NCBI GenBank assembly: GCA_965216755.1
Contig: CBDCGL010000011.1
Coordinates: 1,120,001-1,184,000 of the forward strand
DNA length: 64,000 nucleotides
Direction: 5' to 3'
From: Alphaproteobacteria bacterium
Lineage (GTDB): Bacteria > Pseudomonadota > Alphaproteobacteria > UBA7887
A model generated the notes under the pieces. The model was not told where the DNA came from. It made no database searches and saw nothing but the letters and a program-made list of their open reading frames with translations. Positions 53,887-61,690 of this stretch are shown here, piece by piece. The translations under genes were made by a program, and so were the position numbers. Position 1 is the stretch's first letter, and each line of letters starts with the position of its first letter.

Positions 53887-54722
53887 TGATGTCGCCAATC
53901 ACCCGACAAAGTGTCGGCGCTCTGTTCGTTCTATTGGTCCTGGCCGGCTTTACGTCGAGCGACATGGCTTACGAGGCGATCCCGCGTGGCAATGAATTTT
54001 ATGCCATTGGCGAATACAGCGCGGCGGCTGAACAATATGCGATCGCGGCGGCCGGACTGCCCGATAAACCCGAGATTCGCTTCAATCAGGGTGCTGCGTT
54101 CTTCAAATTGCATGACAACACCAAGGCCGTCGAACACTTCGCGCTGGCGTTGGGTGCCGACGACACAAAGCTACAGGCGCAGGCTCGCTATAACATCGGC
54201 AATGTCCGTTACGAAATCGCGCTCATTTCCATGAACACCTATCAAGACGCGGTCACGCCACTCAAGGAGGCGATTGGTCACTATCGCGATGCCCTGAGCC
54301 TCGATCCGGGATTCGAAGACGCAAGATACAATTTGGAGCTCGCCCACCGATTGCTTAAGCAGCTCCAGGATCAGAACGTGTTGCCTCAACCCAATCCTGA
54401 GATTCGCAATCAGCAAGCATCCCAGAATCGCGGCCAGACTTTTGATGACGATTCGGTCACGGACCGTGCCACAGAGGAAGACGCAGAGCGCGGCGATTCA
54501 GACGAACCACAAGGTCAACAGGGTGAACAGACAGGCAGTCAAAGCGGCCAATCAAGCACCCAAGCCGAAGCACCCAAAGCAGCCTCTCAGCAAGAACTTT
54601 CGCCGCAAGAGGCGGAACAGATGGTTGATATCATTCGCAATCGCGCACGCGCGGCCCAAGAAAAACGGGACCAATGGCGACAAGCACGTATGCGCGAGGC
54701 GAAGGTTGAAAAGATTTGGTAG
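53886..54722 (+). CDS. TPR protein (BatC/MxaK-like) with Gln/acidic tail
   Basis: GNEFY, FNQG, YNIGN, ARYNLELA, terminal W; TGATG coupling. Confidence 0.88.
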   Translation: MMSPITRQSVGALFVLLVLAGFTSSDMAYEAIPRGNEFYAIGEYSAAAEQYAIAAAGLPDKPEIRFNQGAAFFKLHDNTKAVEHFALALGADDTKLQAQARYNIGNVRYEIALISMNTYQDAVTPLKEAIGHYRDALSLDPGFEDARYNLELAHRLLKQLQDQNVLPQPNPEIRNQQASQNRGQTFDDDSVTDRATEEDAERGDSDEPQGQQGEQTGSQSGQSSTQAEAPKAASQQELSPQEAEQMVDIIRNRARAAQEKRDQWRQARMREAKVEKIW

Positions 54723-54747
54723 CGCGACCGGGCGTCAATGGCTCCGA

Positions 54748-55194
54748 TCAGCGCTTGTCGCCGAGTTGAATCGACAGATTCTTGGTACCAAGCGGAACGA
54801 TATCGGGCGAGCGTCCGGCGAGTTCGCCGTCAGCGATTGACAAGATATCGTTATCTTTGTCGGTAAAGACCTCGACCACATATGCGTCCCACTTGGCGCG
54901 TCGGTTCATGTCCATCGCGGGACCGATTTGAAATGTCATTGGTAACGCTGGCGCATCCACAATCTGATATCGGACATCAAGCTCGACATCGTCACCTGGT
55001 CGGAAAAGCTTGATAATCAATCGATCGCCGGGCTCAAAGTGGTGTGCAAGGTCGGGCGCAAGGGCGATTTCGCCTTCGATAAGCGGATCGTCGTCCATTT
55101 CGGCGGCGACGGCGCCGCAATATCCCAAGGCAATGACCACGCTCGCCGCAGCGGTCAACAGGGCCCACACGCCCAACTGGCTCATTCGAGTCAT
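54748..55194 (-). CDS. Secreted acidic beta-sandwich protein of unknown function
   Basis: Signal peptide; IEGEI, LPMTFQI, DKDND loop; start uncertain. Confidence 0.7.
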   Translation of the reverse strand: MTRMSQLGVWALLTAAASVVIALGYCGAVAAEMDDDPLIEGEIALAPDLAHHFEPGDRLIIKLFRPGDDVELDVRYQIVDAPALPMTFQIGPAMDMNRRAKWDAYVVEVFTDKDNDILSIADGELAGRSPDIVPLGTKNLSIQLGDKR

Positions 55195-55283
55195 TTCGCC
55201 CATTGGAACCACGGGGCTGCCCCACCGGTTTGTCCGCAAGTCACCAGAGCGCTTTGTACTGCGATTCCAAATGATCCGATAGG

Positions 55284-55706
55284 TCACTGATAATATTCGC
55301 TCAAATCGCGAAGATTATCCATGTGAGTCCATCCGGCGAATGTTACGCGATTCATGCGCCGATGCAGGAACTCGACTTTCTTGTAGAATTCGATTGTGAA
55401 CGAGACCTTGACAAATTCGTCGGCATTTCCGTCACGCGCCAATATTTGGACGAAGGGCTGCATCAAGTCCTCGATATCGTCGTCATCGACATACATGCAC
55501 TTCTGCGCGTCATAGAGCTCTTTTTTCAACCCACTGATACCGAGTCCTTTTTCCCGCAGATCCTGGGCCGATTCGGCCGCGTGGCCATAATCGTCGGGCG
55601 TCGCACAAATCCAGGTCGGGCGCGTGAAGGTATAGGGATCGCCAGCCGCAACAGCCGTCGATTGCCAGAGGCCCATCACCACGACGAATAGACTGAATCG
55701 CAACAT
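55284..55706 (-). CDS. Secreted protein of unknown function with DDDDIED motif
   Basis: Signal peptide ending AVA; two Cys; co-oriented with the cytochrome c gene. Confidence 0.72.
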   Translation of the reverse strand: MLRFSLFVVVMGLWQSTAVAAGDPYTFTRPTWICATPDDYGHAAESAQDLREKGLGISGLKKELYDAQKCMYVDDDDIEDLMQPFVQILARDGNADEFVKVSFTIEFYKKVEFLHRRMNRVTFAGWTHMDNLRDLSEYYQ

Positions 55707-55788
55707 CTCGAATGCCCTTCCCTTTGACCTGACCAATCGGCTTGCCCGGTGCCGCCACAAGATGCAACCAGCGTATCACATCGTTGGT

Positions 55789-56229
55789 CTATCGGGTCCA
55801 GCGGGCGCCTTCAATCGCCAAGGTCTCCAAATACGCGCCGATCTGGTTGATCTCTTCCTCGGTCAAAACTCCACCCCACGGCGGCATCTGCTTTTTCGTG
55901 CGGCCATTCAGCACAACGATCATGTATTCTGGGTAGCCGCGCCAAAACTTCCGCAAATCGGCCGCGTATTTGCCAAATCTTGATTCCCCGTTGGCCTGGG
56001 CGCCGTGACAAGCCGCACACCACTTGAAATACAATCCCAAACCGGCCTCGATGGCCTCTTCGTTGCCCGCCAGGGGGTTCGCGTCAGGATACGCATCCGC
56101 CGGATCGTCGGCCGCCATCGCCTGAGAACCTGATAGACCCGAAATCACCACAATAGCGGCTGTCAAAAAAATGCCGCACGCAACACGCGCGGACCAAGAC
56201 TTCGTCGTCACGCCCAAACTCCTTAGCAT
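55789..56229 (-). CDS. Class I monoheme cytochrome c, likely partner of the PQQ enzyme
   Basis: Signal peptide, NPL, CAACH, QMPPW. Confidence 0.92.
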   Translation of the reverse strand: MLRSLGVTTKSWSARVACGIFLTAAIVVISGLSGSQAMAADDPADAYPDANPLAGNEEAIEAGLGLYFKWCAACHGAQANGESRFGKYAADLRKFWRGYPEYMIVVLNGRTKKQMPPWGGVLTEEEINQIGAYLETLAIEGARWTR

Positions 56230-56260
56230 TCAGTCGTCTTGCCTGTCTTCACAAATAAGA

Positions 56261-56289
56261 GGGCAAGGGGTGGATTTCACCCCTTGCCC
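56261..56289 (-). terminator. Intrinsic terminator-like hairpin after the PQQ dehydrogenase gene
   Basis: GGGCAAGGGGTG-GATTT-CACCCCTTGCCC, followed by TCTTATTT on the minus strand. Confidence 0.8.
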
Positions 56290-56323
56290 CATGACTTCCG
56301 AGAAAGTCTTGCGATACGTTCGT

Positions 56324-58096
56324 CTAGTTGAGAGCAAACCCAATAATCGCGGAACTTTCTTGATAGTTAACCAGCTTGTCTTTGTTCAAGCTGTCAACCG
56401 CACGGCCAACATATGAACCATGGCCAGATGCAACCGCGACAAATTGCTTGCCGTCGACCGCATACGACACGATGCCGCCATTGTGACCGGACCCATTGTT
56501 GAAGCTCCACAGCACATCACCGGTGTTGCCGTCGATCGCTTCGACGAAACCGTCGGTGGTGGCGTTGAACAGCAGGCCACTGCCCGTGGTCATCAGCGCC
56601 GAGTGCGGGATAACTTCGTAGCGTTTTTCCCAAGCCAACTCACCAGTCACAGGATTACGCGCGGTGATGAAGCCATGGGTCGTGTCGCCCGGAGGATTGG
56701 TGCCGATCCATTCGGCGGCCATGAAGGCTTGTGCAAACGGCTCGGTGGTTCGCGATTCCGAACCGGCCGTAATCGTCGTGCCGCCCTCTTTCGGCTGCAC
56801 GGTCAACCACATGCACCATTCCTGCGCGACGCGATAGAACAGGCCGGTGACCGGGCTATATGCGCCGGCGTTCCAGCTGTGACCACCGTCGATCGCCGGG
56901 CATACCAGAGTCTTCTCGCCAGCTTTCGGCCACAACATGTTTTCCCACTGGCCGGTCTCAAGGTTGAAGCCGGTGGTCCAGTTATAGGATTTCATGTCCG
57001 GATAGACGTTCACCGGCTGGCCGGTGGCGCGGTCGTGGACATGGTTGAAGCCATTCTTACCCGGATGCAGAACGAGTTTCCGGCCGTCGTCACCCTCGAT
57101 CATGACATATTCGCCCGGTGCGGCGTCATAGTCATAGGGATCGCTTGGGGCTTCTTGGAAATACCAATTCAGCTTACCGGTATCGAGATCCAGCGCGATG
57201 GTTGACGAGGTGTATAGATTGTCACCCGGCCGCCAGGCGTCGGTGTTTGGATCGCGGCAGGTATCGCCGCAATAGTCATAGTCGGGGTTCGGGTTGCCGG
57301 TGCCGATAAAAATCTGGTTGTTCTCATAGTCAACCGTGCCCGGTTGCCAAGAACCACCGCCGCCATACTTCCACGAATCGCCGCCCCACGTTGCGAGCGC
57401 TTCCGGATCGTCACGTCCGGTGGTGGAGAACGTCCACTTGACATCGCCATTGTTCGGATCGATGCCGTAGATCAAACCCTCAACCGGATACTCACCGCCG
57501 TTCATGCCCATAACCAGCAGGTCTGAGCTGACAAAGGTTGCCGCGCCGCTAAAGCCTGCTGTCAGAGTGGCGGAATCGACGATTTGCTTATCCCAAATGA
57601 CTGAACCGTCGTTTTCGTCAAGTGCGGCAATGCGACCATCGGCCGTGCCCATGTAAACCCGACCATCGCCAATGGAGAGGCCGCGCGCATGCGCAAAGAA
57701 CGACCTTGACACAACGGCTTCATCCATCTCAGGCACCCAGGCCCAAAGACGTTCGCCGGTCGCTGCGTCAATTTTCCAAACGGTCGACGGGTTGGTGGCG
57801 ATATACATGGCGCCATCGACGACCACGGGCGTGCTGTGCAAGCCCATACGGACTTCACCCGGCTGGAAGATCCAGGCCGGCCGCAGATTCTGCACGTTAT
57901 CGGCGTTGATTTGATCCAACGGGCTATGACGCCACGCCTTATCCACCGACCGATGATACGCACACCAGTTCTCCGCGGGACAATTCTTGATGTTCTCCGC
58001 GGATGAGTCAGCCAATGCGGCCGGCGCCGAGTAGAACCCGGCGGCCGCAACCACGCAAGCCGATGCTAGTAGCTGTTTATCCAGCCTAAATGGCAT
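56324..58096 (-). CDS. Periplasmic PQQ-dependent dehydrogenase (alcohol dehydrogenase superfamily, atypical)
   Basis: SPLDQINADNV, Trp-docking repeats, GGE, GGSW, GTGNP, RPGDNLY, DYD, VDGKQFVAV; ATG after GGAGG. Confidence 0.93.
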   Translation of the reverse strand: MPFRLDKQLLASACVVAAAGFYSAPAALADSSAENIKNCPAENWCAYHRSVDKAWRHSPLDQINADNVQNLRPAWIFQPGEVRMGLHSTPVVVDGAMYIATNPSTVWKIDAATGERLWAWVPEMDEAVVSRSFFAHARGLSIGDGRVYMGTADGRIAALDENDGSVIWDKQIVDSATLTAGFSGAATFVSSDLLVMGMNGGEYPVEGLIYGIDPNNGDVKWTFSTTGRDDPEALATWGGDSWKYGGGGSWQPGTVDYENNQIFIGTGNPNPDYDYCGDTCRDPNTDAWRPGDNLYTSSTIALDLDTGKLNWYFQEAPSDPYDYDAAPGEYVMIEGDDGRKLVLHPGKNGFNHVHDRATGQPVNVYPDMKSYNWTTGFNLETGQWENMLWPKAGEKTLVCPAIDGGHSWNAGAYSPVTGLFYRVAQEWCMWLTVQPKEGGTTITAGSESRTTEPFAQAFMAAEWIGTNPPGDTTHGFITARNPVTGELAWEKRYEVIPHSALMTTGSGLLFNATTDGFVEAIDGNTGDVLWSFNNGSGHNGGIVSYAVDGKQFVAVASGHGSYVGRAVDSLNKDKLVNYQESSAIIGFALN

Positions 58097-58305
58097 TAGA
58101 AGTTTCCTCCCGCATAAGTGCCAGTCAGCCTTGTTGGGTAAACGGCCCAATCAAGGCAAGGGTGATGGCACGTGGCCTCACACATGGCCGCGTGCCACCA
58201 AATGCCGGTCGTCTGGAGAGGATTGACGCTCTGCTCTCGATGGTTTCGATCGTCAACGCGCAAATACCAACTCTGCAGGCGCAGTGCATACCCAATCTCT
58301 TGCTC

Positions 58306-58326
58306 GCACCAAAACTGTTTTGGTGC
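58306..58326. promoter_or_regulatory. Perfect palindrome upstream of the PQQ operon (putative operator)
   Basis: GCACCAAAAC-T-GTTTTGGTGC. Confidence 0.55.
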
Positions 58327-58579
58327 CCACAAGCACGACACAAGGTCGCGTATTAGGGACTAGAACCTCTTGTCCGATAAACCGGCAACCGACGGAAAGC
58401 TCGCTCAATCCGTCAAGCTACCGATAATGATGAACAAAGATCTGGTTACGGTCAATCAAAGTTGTACGCTACCAGCCAAGTGTGGCTTGCATTGCACGAA
58501 GGCGATAATCCAAAGGTCGTGCCACACTTTTCCCGCGACCCGGGTTTCGCGGGACCATCGTCAAAACGCGGCAGCGCGC

Positions 58580-59635
58580 TCAGGCAACAAGCCGCGGTGC
58601 CGCCGCCAAGCGCGCTTGCGCCATCGCGACGGCGATATCTGCGGTCGCACAATTTTCGGCGTCAGCTTTGGCGAAAACGCTTTCGAGCGTATCGGCGATG
58701 CCGCGCACGCGCTGCGCAACCCGGGCCGCATCGTGGTGGCCCAACATCTCCCCCGCGGCATTGATGATTCCGCCCGCGTTGATGACGAAATCAGGCGCAT
58801 ACAAGATCCGCCGTTTGTGCAATGCACGACCAATACTGGGTTCAGCGAGCTGATTGTTCGCTGCGCCCGCGACAATCGGCGCCTTCAGCAGTCGGACTGT
58901 ATCCGCATTCAAAACCCCGCCGAGCGCACATGGCGCAAAGACATCGACATCTGCGCAGATAATGTTGTCGACTGGCAGGACTTGCGCGCCAAAGTGCTGA
59001 GACACTCGCGCGGACTTATCTGGGTCGATATCCGCAACAGTCAGTTGCGCGCCCGCTTCGTTCAACATTTGGCACAGGCGCCCGCCGACATTGCCGAGCC
59101 CCAATACCGCGACGCGCACGCCCGCGAGGGATGCGAGTCCGAGCTTGTGGCGGACCGCGGCTTGAATTCCAAAAAAGACACCGCGCGCCGTGAGCGGAGA
59201 TGGATCGCCGCTCGCTTGGGAACCTTTTGCGAGTCCCGCGACATGGCGGGTCGCGGCGTGTATTTGAGCCATATCGGCAGTCGTTGTGCCGACGTCTTCC
59301 GCGCATACATAACTACCGCCCAACGTATTCACGGCGCGGCCAAATGCGGCGAGCAAAGCCGGCGACTTGTCCGTCTTGGGGTCGCCGATGATGACCGATT
59401 TGCCGCCGCCGATCGGCAGACCGGCCATGACGTTCTTGAGGGTCATGCCCTGCGAGAGTCGGAGAACGTCGGTCAGAGCGTCTTCGGAGTTTGCGTATGG
59501 ATAGAAGCGCACCCCGCCCATGGCAGGGCCCACTTTTGTCGAATGAATTGCGATGATCGCACGTAAGCCTGTTGATTGTTCGGACGTGAACACGACCCGT
59601 TCATGATCATCAAACGCTTGGTTTTCGAACAACAT
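58580..59635 (-). CDS. Leu/Val/Phe dehydrogenase
   Basis: GPAMGGVRF, GMTLK, GGGK, EDVG, GLGNVG, GAANNQL, NAGG. Confidence 0.95.
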   Translation of the reverse strand: MLFENQAFDDHERVVFTSEQSTGLRAIIAIHSTKVGPAMGGVRFYPYANSEDALTDVLRLSQGMTLKNVMAGLPIGGGKSVIIGDPKTDKSPALLAAFGRAVNTLGGSYVCAEDVGTTTADMAQIHAATRHVAGLAKGSQASGDPSPLTARGVFFGIQAAVRHKLGLASLAGVRVAVLGLGNVGGRLCQMLNEAGAQLTVADIDPDKSARVSQHFGAQVLPVDNIICADVDVFAPCALGGVLNADTVRLLKAPIVAGAANNQLAEPSIGRALHKRRILYAPDFVINAGGIINAAGEMLGHHDAARVAQRVRGIADTLESVFAKADAENCATADIAVAMAQARLAAAPRLVA

Positions 59636-59798
59636 CTATCCAATCTCCGGTCTTCAAGTGATGCAGACCTGACGCCGAAAGAGGCCGGCGCAAGAACGAC
59701 CCAGGGATTTCTGAGCCCTTGCAGATTAGACAGTCTTAGCCGATATTTGTTGCCTAAGATTCACGGAAACCATCAAGAACTGAGATATTTATTCAAAA

Positions 59799-60296
59799 AT
59801 GGGCGAAGGAAAGAAAAAACATATCAGTTTGCTTGAGACTGACATTCGCATTCTCCGGCGCTTGCAGGAGGACTGCAGTATCTCCGTCGCGGATCTGGCC
59901 GAAAAACTTGCGATGTCGGCATCCAGTTGCTGGCGCCGAATTCAGGCCCTGACAGACAGCGGTATCATCAGTCGCCGCGTGGCGCTGGTCGACCGCAGGG
60001 CCGTTGAACTTAACTTCGTCGTATACGCATTCGTTAAGCTCGGTTCCGCCCATCGGCAAAACATAGACGCCTTTGAGACAGCCGTGCAGACCTGGCCTGA
60101 GGTCTTAGTTTGCGAATTGATCACCGGCGCCGCGGCGGACGTCCTTATAAAAGTCGTGACATCAGACATTGAAGCGTATGACGACTTCCTTCGCCACAAG
60201 CTGTTGTCGCTCGATTACGTGGCCGACGTGCAATCGAGAATCGTTGTTTCAACGATCAAAGAAACAACCGCGCTTCCGGTTACAGAATTCGAATGA
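59799..60296 (+). CDS. Lrp/AsnC regulator
   Basis: DIRILRRLQ, SCWRRI HTH, C-terminal IKETTALP; divergent from the dehydrogenase. Confidence 0.93.
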   Translation: MGEGKKKHISLLETDIRILRRLQEDCSISVADLAEKLAMSASSCWRRIQALTDSGIISRRVALVDRRAVELNFVVYAFVKLGSAHRQNIDAFETAVQTWPEVLVCELITGAAADVLIKVVTSDIEAYDDFLRHKLLSLDYVADVQSRIVVSTIKETTALPVTEFE

Positions 60297-60370
60297 CGGA
60301 TATAGCGAGCGCCGACCGGACTTTGTTGATACCGCTTCAGGCGATGCAAGTTCTTGAGTGGAGAATCACA

Positions 60371-61009
60371 ATGAATCGGATAGTCGTAACACTGACTGGC
60401 GGATTGGCACTGGCGGCGTTCGCGGCCGGTGCGCTTCCGGCCGCTGCGGCCGATCCCTACCACATGCGCGGCATGTTGACCGATCGCAGCGATATGGAAT
60501 TGACAATCGACGAGGGCGACGGCGTCGGCACGACAGTTATGCTAAACAAGGAGGCAGGAATATTCGCGGTCGAGCAAGCAAGATTGTCTGATATCCAACA
60601 GGGGCAATTCGTGGGGATCACGTCTATCGAGAAAGACGGCGTACGAATTGCCATCGAAGTGCACATCTTCGAAGAAGCGCTGCGCGGGCTTGCTGAGGGT
60701 CACTACCCCTGGGACTTGGTTGACGAACCCAACATGATGACCAATGCCAACGTTGCCCAGTTGGTCGAAACTGGAGATGGCCGAAAACTCACGGTTAGCT
60801 ATGTCGAAGGTTCAGGGGACGCCCGCACCGAAGGAACCCAAACGATTCTGGTGCCGCCCGACGCGACAATCGTGAACTTCTTTGCCGTCGGCCCAGAAAA
60901 ACTGGTACCCGGCGGCGACGTGTTTCTGCTTGCCATCGACAATGAAGACGGCACGACGACCAGCCCGGCCATCGTGGTCGGACAAAATGGCGTTACGCCG
61001 CCGATGTGA
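60371..61009 (+). CDS. Secreted protein of unknown function
   Basis: Signal peptide; AIEVHIF, EGHYPWDL, MTNA, terminal PPM; ATG after GGAGA. Confidence 0.8.
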   Translation: MNRIVVTLTGGLALAAFAAGALPAAAADPYHMRGMLTDRSDMELTIDEGDGVGTTVMLNKEAGIFAVEQARLSDIQQGQFVGITSIEKDGVRIAIEVHIFEEALRGLAEGHYPWDLVDEPNMMTNANVAQLVETGDGRKLTVSYVEGSGDARTEGTQTILVPPDATIVNFFAVGPEKLVPGGDVFLLAIDNEDGTTTSPAIVVGQNGVTPPM

Positions 61010-61027
61010 ACTGGCCTTACCCACGCT

Positions 61028-61056
61028 GGCCCCCTGATCCGAGGTGATCGGGGGCC
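61028..61056. terminator. Hairpin between convergent genes
   Basis: GGCCCCCTGATC...GATCGGGGGCC with one bulge. Confidence 0.55.
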
Positions 61057-61086
61057 GACGTTCTTATGTACCGCGCCTGACGCCAA

Positions 61087-61563
61087 CTACTGGCCGCCGG
61101 CCCCTTCGTACACCGCATATTTCTTTAGATAGTCGATGACTTTAGCGCGTTCCTCAGGATCTTCGACACGTAGCACCATCGTCGAGCCAGAAACGAAGTC
61201 CTGTGAATTCGTCAGCCATAGATCGAGGGTCTCGTCGTCCCAGGCCCACCCAGTCGCCAGTTCTTGGAATGCTGGCGAGTAGGGATAACCTTCATATATC
61301 CCGGCCGGGCGACCGTATATGTCTTGCAAGCTTGGCCCAAGCGGCATCGTGACGACAAAGTGCAGCAAGGAATCCCGCTCACTGACCTGGTCTTCGTTGA
61401 TTCCGCCATGACATTTCGAACAGATTTTCAGGTAGAGTTCACGGTTTTCGGCGTCATCACCAAGGGCCGGTGTCGCGACAGTAAACGTGGCCATCGCAGC
61501 GGCCAGTCCCGATGCGTAGGAAACAATTCTCTGATAAACCGTAGTCACGCTTCTCTCCTTCAT
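61087..61563 (-). CDS. Cytochrome c2-like monoheme protein
   Basis: Signal peptide, CSKCH, GPSL..IYGR.AG, YPYS, GSTM; GGAG RBS. Confidence 0.9.
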   Translation of the reverse strand: MKERSVTTVYQRIVSYASGLAAAMATFTVATPALGDDAENRELYLKICSKCHGGINEDQVSERDSLLHFVVTMPLGPSLQDIYGRPAGIYEGYPYSPAFQELATGWAWDDETLDLWLTNSQDFVSGSTMVLRVEDPEERAKVIDYLKKYAVYEGAGGQ

Positions 61564-61690
61564 GTGGCAAACGCATTAGGCACACGACCAATGTGTCATT
61601 CTATAATAATTTGAGGCGTGCGGTGACTGCCAATGCGAACCCGCCACGCCTGAACAGCAACTACGGCGTAGTTCGCAACGGATACGTACG

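Noticed and set aside
56420-57205. Long antisense ORF (likewise 3171-3965, 26430-27263, 50282-51097)
   Set aside because: Overlaps well-supported genes; expected in high-GC DNA.
58510-58524. Sigma54-like TGGCACGACCTTTGG on the minus strand
   Set aside because: The -12 element reads GG rather than GC, and it is over 400 bp from the start.
58097-58579. Possible pqqA peptide or riboswitch upstream of the PQQ gene
   Set aside because: No ExxxY precursor in a PqqA-like context and no recognisable riboswitch by eye.
58370-59566. 398-aa plus-strand ORF
   Set aside because: Antisense shadow of leucine dehydrogenase; no recognisable motifs.
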